Shown here: piece by piece, positions 1 to 9,391 of the stretch
Numbering within the stretch: position 1 is the first letter of the stretch
Layout of the letters: the number at the start of each line of letters is the position of its first letter
NCBI GenBank assembly: GCA_050331235.1
Contig: JBHJHA010000023.1
Span: 1 to 40,994 of the forward strand
From: Leptolyngbyaceae cyanobacterium
GTDB taxonomy: Bacteria; Cyanobacteriota; Cyanobacteriia; Phormidesmidales; Phormidesmidaceae
Reading direction: 5' to 3'
DNA: 40,994 bases
The notes under the pieces: model-generated
The model's database searches: none
Told to the model about the DNA's origin: nothing
Seen by the model: only the letters and a program-made list of their open reading frames with translations
Program-made: the position numbers and the translations under genes

Positions 1-971
1 GCCAAACTCACCTCTTCCATCAGTGGCTCAGCCACCTCCACCTTACATTCCGAGGAAATCTGGGCAGTTTTACACATTTCGTTGACTAAAACAGGAATCT
101 CTGTAGGCAAGTGTTTTCCCGGCAGTGAGCGCGTGCGCAAGGCACCGACAGATCGAGCCACCTCTTCGAGGGCACGATAGGCTGCAGTTTTGGCTTCTAC
201 TAGATAACTTTCGGCCCGGTGAGTATCCTGTGGCAGAAAGAGTAAAGCGTTTTCTAACAAAATGGTTTGGGCGGTCAGAGAATGCCCCAGAGAGTCATGA
301 ATCTCACGGGCAATGCGATTGCGTTCATACAGAGTGGCTTGGTCTTCAACTTTAGCGGCGTAGCATTGAAGCTGTTGATGAGCTTCAGTCAATGCTTGTT
401 GACGATGATGGGCCAATAGCAAGGCATTGACCAATAGCAATACCAAGACTAACCCGAGGACAAAAAATACCAGGGCATTGGTCTTGAGGACGCTAATTTG
501 CCAGGGAGTTGGCGGCGTGCTGAGGTGATGAAAGAGAGCTTGATTATCAGGTAAACGAAAGACGTGAACCGTAATCAGCCCATGCATTCCTAGAACAGCC
601 CCAACAACACTAACCCGTCCCCAGGTTTGAAACAGTTGCCAACTGCGGATAATGACAATCAAGCTGAGTTGGGGCAAGAGTCGCATCATGATGGCAACTT
701 CCCCACCTAATGAGGTCAGGAGCATGATCAGTCCAAGTTCAGCAGCAGTGTAAAGCAGCTTGTGCTGATATCGCCGAGGCAGGCGCAATCCCATCAGGCC
801 TAATACCAAGACGATCAGCAGCTTACCCCAGGCAATGTCTGAGTTGGGCTCAATAGTGGCTAAGGGCAGGGTCATAAACACCGCCATCGTCAACAAAACC
901 CACTCTACGTAAAGGAGTTGGCGACGTAGGGGAGTCTGCGATCGCAACAATCGCAAGCGATTTAATGGCAT
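1..971 (-). CDS. Membrane sensor histidine kinase, HisKA_3 (DesK/NarX/LiaS-like); 3' end runs off the window
   Basis: Absent from the ORF track because there is no stop in the window. Manual translation from ATG 971 gives MPLNRLRLLRSQTPLRRQLLYVEWVLLTMAVF, then hydrophobic segments, then the H-box EDQATLYERNRIAREIHDSLGHSLTAQTILLE. The 5' and 3' parts I translated are in the same frame, which stays open to position 1. Confidence 0.9.
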   Translation of the reverse strand, partial: MPLNRLRLLRSQTPLRRQLLYVEWVLLTMAVFMTLPLATIEPNSDIAWGKLLIVLVLGLMGLRLPRRYQHKLLYTAAELGLIMLLTSLGGEVAIMMRLLPQLSLIVIIRSWQLFQTWGRVSVVGAVLGMHGLITVHVFRLPDNQALFHHLSTPPTPWQISVLKTNALVFFVLGLVLVLLLVNALLLAHHRQQALTEAHQQLQCYAAKVEDQATLYERNRIAREIHDSLGHSLTAQTILLENALLFLPQDTHRAESYLVEAKTAAYRALEEVARSVGALRTRSLPGKHLPTEIPVLVNEMCKTAQISSECKVEVAEPLMEEVSL

Positions 972-1037
972 TCAACCTTGCCCCCATCAACAGGCTTTGT
1001 GGCTTCTAATTTACAAGTTATGAGCGGTAAAGCCCCA

Positions 1038-1108
1038 GGGACTAAATTCCTAATTCCATGCCGGACCACTAGGACAATTGTCACGATCGCAGACATGACG
1101 TTTTACCT
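1038..1108. promoter_or_regulatory. Three imperfect palindromic boxes, putative NarL/LuxR-family response-regulator sites in a divergent promoter
   Basis: GGGAC-TAAA-TTCCT (1038-1051), AGGAC-AATT-GTCAC (1071-1084) and ATGAC-GTTT-TACCT (1095-1108). They lie between a HisKA_3 kinase and the Spy-like gene. Confidence 0.5.
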
Positions 1109-1223
1109 AATCGATTTGGGAGCTTTGCTTCAAGCGGAAAGCACTCACCGCTCCTTAGGATGAGCGTGTTCTTTCACAGAACGATGTCCTTAGCAGACAG
1201 TTATTCCCATATCCGAGGATATT

Positions 1224-1655
1224 ATGACGCTCAAATCTCATCTGAACCAGTCCATTCGATTGGGCCTAGTTGCTGCGGGCGCTAGTGTTTTACTGCTGAC
1301 TCCGGCACAAATGGCTCAAGCCCAGTCAACGAATAACGCGGCGGCGATTCGACAAGAATTGAACCTGAACCGCTCTCAAATGCGACAGCTCCGAGACATT
1401 ACGCAGGGCTACCAGGCAGAACTCGCAGACATTCTGACGGCGGAGCAGCTAGCTGAGATGCAGGCCTTGCGAGAAGCCGCTCAAGCCAACGGACAGTCCG
1501 GCAGTCCTTCGGCTGAAGCGTTAATCGCTGAACTGAACCTGAGCACAGACCAGGTTGATCAACTGACGCAAGCCCGTGAGTCTTTAGAACAGGATTTGAC
1601 GGCAGTTTTATCCCCTGAGCAGATGGATAAGCTCCGCGAAATTCAAGGATTCTAA
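1224..1655 (+). CDS. Periplasmic LTXXQ-motif protein (Spy/CpxP-like chaperone)
   Basis: Signal peptide ending AQA-Q, followed by two helical repeats (ELNLNRSQMRQL...DILTAEQ and ELNLSTDQVDQL...AVLSPEQ). Confidence 0.8.
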   Translation: MTLKSHLNQSIRLGLVAAGASVLLLTPAQMAQAQSTNNAAAIRQELNLNRSQMRQLRDITQGYQAELADILTAEQLAEMQALREAAQANGQSGSPSAEALIAELNLSTDQVDQLTQARESLEQDLTAVLSPEQMDKLREIQGF

Positions 1656-1793
1656 CGATTTCCCCTCGGCTAGAGCAGAGATCTGACAGTTCACTCCAAC
1701 AGGCTCCCTTTGATTTCCCCCGTACAGCCGATGTCTGAAGGGAGCTTTCTTGTCCATGCCCGTCAACCATGCATCAGGACTTCTTCATTCAAT

Positions 1794-3098
1794 ATGACTA
1801 AAACAACCTTTCCTCTGAGGGGTAGGCCCTTCCCCCGTTGGCTGTGGGGGATACCTGCCGTCGGTGTAACTCTGGCTTTACTGGTCCTTTCCCCGTTCAG
1901 TCCCTTCACGCGTCAACAACCGCGCGAAGAGACGATCGCCAACATCACGACAGCCGTCACCGAGGCACCTCTGACCATTCGCGTTGAAGGCAGCGGTACG
2001 GTGGTATCTATTGACAGCGTCAATCTGAGCCCCAAGGCCACAGGTCGCTTGGGAGCATTGTTAGTTTCCCCGGGTGATCGAGTGGCGGCAGGGCAAGTTC
2101 TCGCTCAGATGGATACAGGCAGTCTGTCGTCAGAGTTAGATCAGGCCCAGGCGCAGTTGGCCCAGAGTCAAGCTGACTATGCCAAGGTGGTTGCCGGCAA
2201 TCGCTCAGAAGACATTCGCCAGGTAGAAGCCCAGGTCGCTGCCGCTCAGTCGCGCAGCGAGTTAGCTTCTACCCAGTTAGCTCGCTATGAGGCATTAGCG
2301 GCGCAAGGGGCGATTTCGCAGAACGAGCTGGATCAATACGCGGGCGAAGCGCGTAATGCAGCAGCCAATCTGCAAGAGTCTCAGGAACGGCTAGCGGCCA
2401 CAGCCAGTGGCTCGCGTGTTGAAGATATTGCCGCAGCGGAAGCGGCGGTGGCGGCGGCAGAAGCGAGGGTCGCAGTCATCCAAACCCAGCTAGAGGAGAC
2501 GGTCATTCGGGCTCCCTTTGATGGGGTGGTGACACAGACCTATGCGACCATCGGAGCGATCGTTACCCCAACAACGACCGCTTCTTCAACCGCTTCGGCA
2601 ACGTCCAGTTCAATCCTGGCTCTGTCCTCTGGTCTGGAAGTTGAGATCGACGTATCAGAAGCCAATATTGGTCAAATCGTGATCAATCAAGCCGTTGAAG
2701 TTGTGGCCGATGCATTTCCCAATCAAACCTTTATCGGGCGCGTCAAACGCATTGCCCCTGAGGCTGTCATTCAAAACAATGTGACCACTTTTGAGGTGGT
2801 GGTGGCGCTGCAAACCGGATTGGATGACCTGCGTTCGGGCATGACGGTGGATGCCATCTTTATTGGCGAGACCATTGATGATGCCTTGATGGTGCCGACC
2901 GTGGCGATTACGACTGAGGATGGGCAACTGGGTGTCCAGGCGGTAGATGGGCAAGGAAACCCAGCCTTCCAACCAGTGACGGTTGGGCTCACACAAGATG
3001 GGGCCACTCAAATCTTGTCTGGTCTAGAGGTAGGCGATCGCATTTTTCTAGACTTTCCGGATGGCAAACCGCCTGCTGCCATTTCCACACCTTTTTAA
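1794..3098 (+). CDS. Efflux periplasmic adaptor / membrane fusion protein (MacA/HlyD family)
   Basis: N-terminal TM segment, lipoyl halves (VSPGDRVAAGQVLA; IRAPFDGVV), long coiled coil and beta-barrel EIDVSEANIGQI. ATG 1794 is preferred to TTG 1710. Confidence 0.92.
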   Translation: MTKTTFPLRGRPFPRWLWGIPAVGVTLALLVLSPFSPFTRQQPREETIANITTAVTEAPLTIRVEGSGTVVSIDSVNLSPKATGRLGALLVSPGDRVAAGQVLAQMDTGSLSSELDQAQAQLAQSQADYAKVVAGNRSEDIRQVEAQVAAAQSRSELASTQLARYEALAAQGAISQNELDQYAGEARNAAANLQESQERLAATASGSRVEDIAAAEAAVAAAEARVAVIQTQLEETVIRAPFDGVVTQTYATIGAIVTPTTTASSTASATSSSILALSSGLEVEIDVSEANIGQIVINQAVEVVADAFPNQTFIGRVKRIAPEAVIQNNVTTFEVVVALQTGLDDLRSGMTVDAIFIGETIDDALMVPTVAITTEDGQLGVQAVDGQGNPAFQPVTVGLTQDGATQILSGLEVGDRIFLDFPDGKPPAAISTPF

Positions 3099-3193
3099 TG
3101 CTATGAAGCCAGAGGCTGCCTTAAATGCGCATGAGCGATCGGCAGAACTGAGTTGCCACTTCCGTAGTCATTGATGAATCAGCGAAGGAGAGA

Positions 3194-3835
3194 ATGATGC
3201 TCAAACGCGCCCTACATGGCATGGTGGCCAGCATCGCAATTGGCTATTCCCCGACATTAGTCGCTCAGATAGAGATTGATCAGGGCCACAATGAAGCAAC
3301 TGACCCTTATGTTTTGTGTGAGGATTATCCCCTCAACTCCATTTGCCAACCCCATCACGTTTCTCCAATGGCCCTGGCTGATCGTCCTGGTGAGATGGCC
3401 TTGGGATGCCTCTTAACAGTTGATGACACCCAGCTGCAAGGCCGTTGTAAACACCTGATTGAGGCAGACAGGGTGGTTGCGTACATCGAAGAAGGGCCGA
3501 AATTGGCCGCTCTCGAAGATTACCAACCCACTCGTAGGGTGGAGATTCCCATCAGCGACATTCTGAAGCTGATGTACGAAGAAGCCACTGCGGAACAGCA
3601 AGCATCGTTGTTGAACTTCTTGGAGATTTTGCCCCCAGTGCGGATTGTGAGCAATCTGTTTCGCCGCTCTGAGGAAATATCTCTGGTTTCAGTTGCTTTT
3701 GCCGATGCTACGGATATTGAATCGGCCCCCCTTGTCTTAACTCTGTTGGTTAGTCAGGACAAAGGGGCAGAGCTGCGATCGCAATTCGAAACTTTCACCG
3801 GACTACCTTCAGAAGCCCCTCCGGCCGGACGTTAA
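3194..3835 (+). CDS. Hypothetical secreted protein with Cys pairs
   Basis: SD AAGGAG upstream, signal-peptide-like N-terminus, motifs CEDYPLNSIC and C-x11-C. Embedded in the export operon. Confidence 0.75.
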   Translation: MMLKRALHGMVASIAIGYSPTLVAQIEIDQGHNEATDPYVLCEDYPLNSICQPHHVSPMALADRPGEMALGCLLTVDDTQLQGRCKHLIEADRVVAYIEEGPKLAALEDYQPTRRVEIPISDILKLMYEEATAEQQASLLNFLEILPPVRIVSNLFRRSEEISLVSVAFADATDIESAPLVLTLLVSQDKGAELRSQFETFTGLPSEAPPAGR

Positions 3836-3860
3836 ATCATTATTTTTAGACGCAACCATC

Positions 3861-5090
3861 ATGGCGTTCAATTTATTAGAAAACACCAAAATGGCCGTTA
3901 AAACCCTCTCGGCCAACAAGCTGCGCAGCACTTTAACCATGCTGGGGATCATTATCGGCAATGCCTCAGTCATCGCGATGGTCGCTATCGGTGAGGGGAC
4001 TCAGCAGTTCGTGACTCGCCAGTTTGAGGGCCTCGGCACCAATGTTTTGTTTGTCATCCCAGGGGATACCCAGCGGGGGCCTTTGGCTGGGGCCACGAGA
4101 GCCAACACGCTGACTGTGGCCGATGCTGAGGCGATCGCTGCGGAAGTCTTGGCGATTGCGGCAGTCTCCCCAGAAAAGACCCAGCGGCTACGGGTTACCC
4201 AAGGTGCTGCCGAAACCCAAGCCAATGTCGTCGGGACGACCCCCGAATATCTGCCCGTGCGGAACGTGGCGATCGCCCAGGGGCAGTTTCTCAGTCCGAT
4301 TCATATGCAAACCCAGCAACAGGTGGCGGTTTTAGGGAGTGAAGCCGCGATGATTCTATTTGGCAGTCAAAATCCCCTGGGCCAAAAGATTCGCATCAAT
4401 AAAGTGAGCTTTACGGTGATTGGGGTCGTGGCCGAGCGCGGGTCTTCCAGTGGCCAAAACTTAGACGAGCTGGTTTTCATTCCAATTCCAGTGATGGCTA
4501 ACCAGTTGGTCGGGCAAGAGGCGGGTAAAACCAGCCCATCTGTGAATAGCATTGCGATTTCAGCCCGCAGCGAAATTGAGATCACCGCTGCCCAATATCA
4601 GATTACGAATCTGCTGCGGCTGCGCCATGGCATTTTGCGCGGTGACAATGATTTCACAGTGCTGAGCCAGCAAGACTTGCTCGAAACCGCAACTGCAGTC
4701 ACAGATATCTTGATTTGGGTCTTAGTCTGTACAGCTAGCATTTCTCTCCTCGTGGGCGGTATCGGCATCATGAACATCATGCTGGTGTCTGTCACTGAGC
4801 GTACCCACGAAATTGGTCTGCGAAAAGCGATCGGCGCAAAAGGCAGTGATATTTCCGCGCAGTTCACCATCGAAGCCGTAATTTTATCGGTGACTGGTGG
4901 CTGCATTGGCATGGTCTTAGCGATCGTCGGGGTAATTGCCCTGACCGTGTTTAGCCCACTGACTGGCGGCATCAGCCTGTCAGCCGTGGTTTTATCCTTC
5001 ACAGTTTCGGGGACTGTTGGTTTGGGGTTCGGCATATTGCCAGCTCGCAGAGCTGCCCAACTCGACCCGATCGTGGCGCTCAGAAATTAA
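3861..5090 (+). CDS. MacB/FtsX-family ABC transporter permease
   Basis: Motifs NKLRSTLTMLGIIIG, GGIGIMNIMLVSVTERTHEIGLRKAIGA and PARRAAQLDPIVALR. Confidence 0.95.
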   Translation: MAFNLLENTKMAVKTLSANKLRSTLTMLGIIIGNASVIAMVAIGEGTQQFVTRQFEGLGTNVLFVIPGDTQRGPLAGATRANTLTVADAEAIAAEVLAIAAVSPEKTQRLRVTQGAAETQANVVGTTPEYLPVRNVAIAQGQFLSPIHMQTQQQVAVLGSEAAMILFGSQNPLGQKIRINKVSFTVIGVVAERGSSSGQNLDELVFIPIPVMANQLVGQEAGKTSPSVNSIAISARSEIEITAAQYQITNLLRLRHGILRGDNDFTVLSQQDLLETATAVTDILIWVLVCTASISLLVGGIGIMNIMLVSVTERTHEIGLRKAIGAKGSDISAQFTIEAVILSVTGGCIGMVLAIVGVIALTVFSPLTGGISLSAVVLSFTVSGTVGLGFGILPARRAAQLDPIVALRN

Positions 5091-5118
5091 GGCGCAGTCT
5101 TTCAGAAAGGTTTTTAGC

Positions 5119-5808
5119 ATGGCCTTAATTGCTTTAGAACAAATCACAAAAACCTACGGAACCGGTGATTTGGCAGTGCATGCCCTCCAGGACATCAATT
5201 TGACCATTGAAGCAGGCGAATATTGCGCCATTATGGGGCCTTCCGGCTCTGGCAAGTCCACCGCCATGAACATCATTGGCTGTTTGGACAGCCCGTCCCA
5301 AGGAAGCTATAAGCTAGATGAGATTTCTGTCGGCGAGTTGCCACCAGATACTCTGGCGGAAATCCGCAATCAAAAAATTGGCTTTGTGTTTCAACACTTT
5401 TATCTGTTGCCCCAGCTCACCGCCCTCGAAAATGTCATGCTACCCATGGTCTACGCCAACGTCCCAGCTTCGGAGCGACGGGCCAGGGCAGTTCAAGCAC
5501 TACAGGATGTTGAGCTTGGCAATCGGTTGGATAATCGCCCCAACCAACTTTCTGGTGGCCAACAGCAGCGGGTAGCCATTGCTCGGGCGATCGTTAACCA
5601 ACCCAAACTCTTACTGGCGGATGAACCGACGGGGGCTCTCGACTCCCGTACCAGCAGTAGCATTATGGGCATTTTCAAACGCCTTAATCAGGCAGGGATG
5701 GCCCTGGTGATGGTCACTCACGATGAATCTGTAGCCCAGCAATGTAATCGCATCATTGGGTTTCATGATGGCCAGGTGTTTAGAGATCGACAAGCCCAGC
5801 CGGTTTAG
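5119..5808 (+). CDS. ABC transporter ATP-binding protein (MacB/LolD-like)
   Basis: Walker A GPSGSGKS, signature [14 protein letters not shown] and [14 protein letters not shown] 5119 avoids overlap with the permease. Confidence 0.95.
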   Translation: MALIALEQITKTYGTGDLAVHALQDINLTIEAGEYCAIMGPSGSGKSTAMNIIGCLDSPSQGSYKLDEISVGELPPDTLAEIRNQKIGFVFQHFYLLPQLTALENVMLPMVYANVPASERRARAVQALQDVELGNRLDNRPNQLSGGQQQRVAIARAIVNQPKLLLADEPTGALDSRTSSSIMGIFKRLNQAGMALVMVTHDESVAQQCNRIIGFHDGQVFRDRQAQPV

Positions 5809-5814
5809 CTCCTT

Positions 5815-5891
5815 GTCGATTTGGTTACAGCAGAAGAAAAAAATTGTCGCTTTGTTCTCGACTACTGACGCGACAATAACCAACTATCGAC
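5815..5891. terminator. Nested inverted repeat between convergent genes (possible bidirectional terminator or RNA stabiliser)
   Basis: Pairs GTCGAT/ATCGAC, TTGGTT/AACCAA and inner ATTGTCGC (5843-5850)/GCGACAAT (5870-5877). Confidence 0.4.
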
Positions 5892-5898
5892 GACACCG

Positions 5899-6393
5899 CT
5901 ATTCCTCTTCACAAGCACCGATGCTGACCCAGCTACTGCTGAGGGTACCATCTTGCTCGCAATACCACTCCTTTTTCCAGATGGGGGCGTTGTGCTTGAG
6001 GGTGTCTATGGCATACTGACAGGCAGCAAACGCCTCGCCGCGGTGAGGACATCCAACGGCCACAAGAACACTGATCTCACCAACAATGAGCTTACCCGTG
6101 CGGTGGTGAATCACCACTCGAGTAACATCCGCCCACTGTTGACGGATTTGTACGGCAATTTGCTTAAAGACTTCCAGGGCCATCGGTTCATAGGCCTGAT
6201 ATTCCAAACAGGAGACGGAACGACCCTCAGTGTTGTCGCGCACCATGCCGCTCATAACAACGATCGCGCCATTACGGGAATCATCCGCCAGCCGATATAC
6301 TTCGTCGAGTGAGAGGGGCGCAAAGGTGATAGCAAAGCGATCGCCCTCGGTGGTGTCAGGGTTAGGAACAAACGGCAACGTCGAGTTCAGCAC
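5899..6393 (-). CDS. moaE: Molybdopterin synthase catalytic subunit
   Basis: Motifs GAIVVMSGMVR, LEYQAYEPMA, HRTGKL, HRGEAF and DTLKHNAPIWKKE. Confidence 0.95.
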   Translation of the reverse strand: MLNSTLPFVPNPDTTEGDRFAITFAPLSLDEVYRLADDSRNGAIVVMSGMVRDNTEGRSVSCLEYQAYEPMALEVFKQIAVQIRQQWADVTRVVIHHRTGKLIVGEISVLVAVGCPHRGEAFAACQYAIDTLKHNAPIWKKEWYCEQDGTLSSSWVSIGACEEE

Positions 6394-6402
6394 TACGAAA
6401 CC

Positions 6403-7434
6403 TTATCCATTGATTGAGTCAGCATCACGGCCACCCGTGCCTATTAAATATAGTAAGGCCATGCGGGTGGCGACACCGCTAGTCACCTGCTGGCTGATCA
6501 AACTACGCTCTGGGTCGTCCATTAGTTCAGAAGTGATTTCCACACCGCGATTGACTGGAGCAGGGTGTAAGACCTTAACTTCAGGGGCACAAACTGCAAG
6601 GCGGGCATGACTAAGGCCATACTCCCGGTGATACTCCCGCAGGCTCGGCAATAAGTGCTGGGTCATGCGTTCTGTTTGTAGCCGCAGGGTCATGACAAAA
6701 TCCGCCGCATCTAAGGCCGCGTCTAAGGAGGTGTGTTGCACCAGTTGCCGCGCTAACTCCGGCGGGTCGACGGGCGATCGCTGAAAGCCTTGGGTGAACT
6801 CCGGCGGTAGCAGAGTCGGGGGTCCCGCCAAGTGTACCTCGGCACCACAGGCCGTCAGACTCCAGAGATTAGACCGGGCTACACGGGAATGCAGGATATC
6901 GCCGACGATCGCGATTTTTTTCCCTCTGAGTAAATCGGGGGTCGGTTTATCCGGATTGAGTACACTGCACAGTGTTAGGAGATCTAGTAGCGCCTGGGAG
7001 GGATGTTCATGCTGACCATCCCCGGCGTTCAACACGCCTACCCCCGTTTTTAGTCGGTCGAGCTCGGCGGCGATCGCGTGGGGCACCCCCGTTGCCCTGT
7101 GGCGAATGATCATGATATCGGTGCCCATCGCCAGGTAGGTTTTGGCCGTGTCGAGAATGGTTTCTCCTTTGGTCAACGACGAACTGCCGGGGGCAAAGTT
7201 GAGCACATCGGCAGACAGCCGTTTGGCCGCAAGCTCAAAGCTGCTGCGGGTGCGGGTAGAGGGCTCAAAAAACAAATTGGTGACGACCTTTCCTTGAAGG
7301 GTTGGCACCTTTTTGTTGCGGCGCGATAGGACCTCGCGGAAGCTCATCGCAGTGCGAATAACCGTGGCATAGTCGGTCGGCGTAAATCGCGATAGCGAGA
7401 GAATGTGTCGATGGGTCCAGCGAGTCTCGGCCAC
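6403..7434 (-). CDS. pyrB: Aspartate carbamoyltransferase catalytic subunit (start uncertain: GTG 7434, ATG 7479 or TTG 7485)
   Basis: Motifs [35 protein letters not shown] and [11 protein letters not shown]. Confidence 0.95.
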   Translation of the reverse strand: MAETRWTHRHILSLSRFTPTDYATVIRTAMSFREVLSRRNKKVPTLQGKVVTNLFFEPSTRTRSSFELAAKRLSADVLNFAPGSSSLTKGETILDTAKTYLAMGTDIMIIRHRATGVPHAIAAELDRLKTGVGVLNAGDGQHEHPSQALLDLLTLCSVLNPDKPTPDLLRGKKIAIVGDILHSRVARSNLWSLTACGAEVHLAGPPTLLPPEFTQGFQRSPVDPPELARQLVQHTSLDAALDAADFVMTLRLQTERMTQHLLPSLREYHREYGLSHARLAVCAPEVKVLHPAPVNRGVEITSELMDDPERSLISQQVTSGVATRMALLYLIGTGGRDADSING

Positions 7435-7477
7435 AGCAATATCCAGTTCAGGGCATCCATTAGGAGGGCATGACGAC

Positions 7478-8071
7478 ATGACCAAAGTAAGCTTACACCG
7501 CTTTGCAAAACTCCCTCAGCGATTTTTATGGGCCCTGGGCCTTGGCGTTGGCATCTTGACTGCTGGGGCGATCGCGCCGCCGCCGTCGATGACTGAAACC
7601 GAGGTCAAGGCTTCAGCAACGGTCCTGCACCTGGAGCGGCAATATACGGCTACAATCAACGCTGCAATCGCTGCCGAAATTTTTGGAGATTTGGCCCAGC
7701 TCAACGCCCCTGCGCCCCTGACCGTGACCCTTTACACTCCGACGCCCAGCTGTGACCGTTATCAAGGCAAAGAAGCCGCGATCGTGCTAGCCAAAGCCAT
7801 TCCCCAGGTCGTGCATTTTCTCCTCGCTGAGCAGACTCCCAAGCTCATCGACTTTGAGCTAGATAGCTATCAGATTCAGCAAAACCCAAAGCAACAAAGC
7901 ATCCGCATTGACCTGCGACGACATCCCCAAGCGCGGCGACATTTCATCTCCCTGTCAATCTGTGAGCGCCGTATCCTATTTGGCAGCCTACGGGAAACGT
8001 TGCTCAACAACCCTGACCTACAAATTCGAGAAATCCAGTTCACCGAAGGCGGGCAGCCGATTCAAATCTAG
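7478..8071 (+). CDS. Exported GerMN-like (cyanobacterial 'sporulation/spore germination') protein
   Basis: SD AGGAGG at 7462-7467, hydrophobic N-terminus, and a C-terminus ([38 protein letters not shown]) that resembles this family. Confidence 0.65.
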   Translation: MTKVSLHRFAKLPQRFLWALGLGVGILTAGAIAPPPSMTETEVKASATVLHLERQYTATINAAIAAEIFGDLAQLNAPAPLTVTLYTPTPSCDRYQGKEAAIVLAKAIPQVVHFLLAEQTPKLIDFELDSYQIQQNPKQQSIRIDLRRHPQARRHFISLSICERRILFGSLRETLLNNPDLQIREIQFTEGGQPIQI

Positions 8072-8099
8072 ACGCTTGGATAACGCCCATGCGGAGCCC

Positions 8100-8468
8100 T
8101 TAAAATCCCTCGTCGGAATCCGTCCAGGCTTCACAGACTTCGGCATTACAGGTAATCATCACCGTTTCCACGACAAACTCACCATCGTAGGGAGCCGTCA
8201 CGATGGGATTGGCATCCGGTAGGGTGTCTGACTCGATCAGCTCGTTGGTGTGGCTGTCGTAAAGATAAATATCTAGGTCAACGCAGTTACTATCACAGCT
8301 GGCGTAGATGTCTTCATTCGCTAAAAAATAACCTTGGTAGGTTTCGGTTTCGCCGCTGGCTAAAAAGGCAGTGTGAATCTGCTGGGCTAGCAAAGCCGGC
8401 GCAGCCAAGCAGGGTGGAAAAGAGATTAGAGCGATTGCCAGCCAGCGATCCGGCATACGAGTTTTCAT
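8100..8468 (-). CDS. Small acidic secreted protein, PPC-like beta-sandwich with CDxxCxDLD motif (alternative start 8504)
   Basis: Signal peptide; motif ASCDSNCVDLDIYLYD...ESDTLPDANPIV; second Cys pair CNAEVC. Confidence 0.7.
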   Translation of the reverse strand: MKTRMPDRWLAIALISFPPCLAAPALLAQQIHTAFLASGETETYQGYFLANEDIYASCDSNCVDLDIYLYDSHTNELIESDTLPDANPIVTAPYDGEFVVETVMITCNAEVCEAWTDSDEGF

Positions 8469-8535
8469 CGGTCTTCTTAGACTGGTAGGAACCAGATGAG
8501 CCATTAGGATATCAGGATGATCGCTGTCGATCAGG

Positions 8536-9237
8536 TCAAGGACAGGTCGACGTCGGATTACTACACTGCTCGCCCACCGCCAGCCAGCCGGTGGCCTCCG
8601 GTGCTTGAACCTCTAGCCAGTTGCCGGTACAGCTCAGCAGCGTCACTTCAGAATATTTGGGAATTTCTGCTTGCACCGAGGCATCCCCGCTAGGGGCCGC
8701 ATACAGCGTTGTCGGGGCGTCGGGATTATTAATATTGAGGCTGGTGGTGCTGACGCCGAGTAGGGGGCCGTAAATCCATCCGGGTTGGGACAGGGCCTGC
8801 TGCGTTTCGGCGTAAGCCTCATTTACTAGAAACCAGCCGTTGGTGAAGCCGACAATTGACACCTCGACAGGGGCACTGGTAGGCAAAGTAGTCTGCACCT
8901 CAAACTCGCTACTGGGGCCGCTGCGTACGTTGAGCCCTGCCGGATCGGTATCGGCCACATATGCACTGGCAGAGCAGGATTGCTCAGGGGTTGCAGCCGG
9001 GGCCGCTGGTGTTTCGGGTTCTGGCTCTGCAATTGGCGGGGCGGTTGCAGCGGGTTCAGAGGGTTTATCGGTGGGAGGCGCATCGGTGTCCTCATCGATA
9101 GAGGCCGATTCCTCAGAGGACGTTGGGGAGGAGTCAGGAGCAGTGGGGGGCGTGGCCGGTTGGCAAGCGGTCATCGCCATGAACAAACCAGCGATCGCAC
9201 TATTGCAGATGATTGTTTTGTGGTGATTCCAAACCAT
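8536..9237 (-). CDS. Probable lipoprotein with Pro-rich linker and two bacterial SH3 domains
   Basis: Lipobox-like AMTA-C, Pro/Ser/Glu linker, and SH3b motifs GLNVRSGPSSEF...GWF...GWI and LYAAPS...NWLEV...GWL. The upstream extension in the ORF track overlaps the divergent gene. Confidence 0.8.
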   Translation of the reverse strand: MVWNHHKTIICNSAIAGLFMAMTACQPATPPTAPDSSPTSSEESASIDEDTDAPPTDKPSEPAATAPPIAEPEPETPAAPAATPEQSCSASAYVADTDPAGLNVRSGPSSEFEVQTTLPTSAPVEVSIVGFTNGWFLVNEAYAETQQALSQPGWIYGPLLGVSTTSLNINNPDAPTTLYAAPSGDASVQAEIPKYSEVTLLSCTGNWLEVQAPEATGWLAVGEQCSNPTSTCP

Positions 9238-9391
9238 ATGCTCTGCACCTAAAGGGGGACGGTTTTTAAGTGAAGCAGATTTTTCATCCCATTGAGCTGA
9301 AAGATGACACTTTCTTAAGGCGCGCCGCTGAAGCCATCGCTTATGTAAGGCCAAACTCGATTGAGCGAAACCTGTGCTGTAAAGTGTTGAT

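Noticed and set aside
125..355. 76-aa plus-strand ORF
   Set aside because: Antisense shadow of the histidine kinase.
978..1163. 61-aa ORF in the divergent promoter
   Set aside because: TTG start, no recognisable motif, and it overlaps the putative regulatory boxes.
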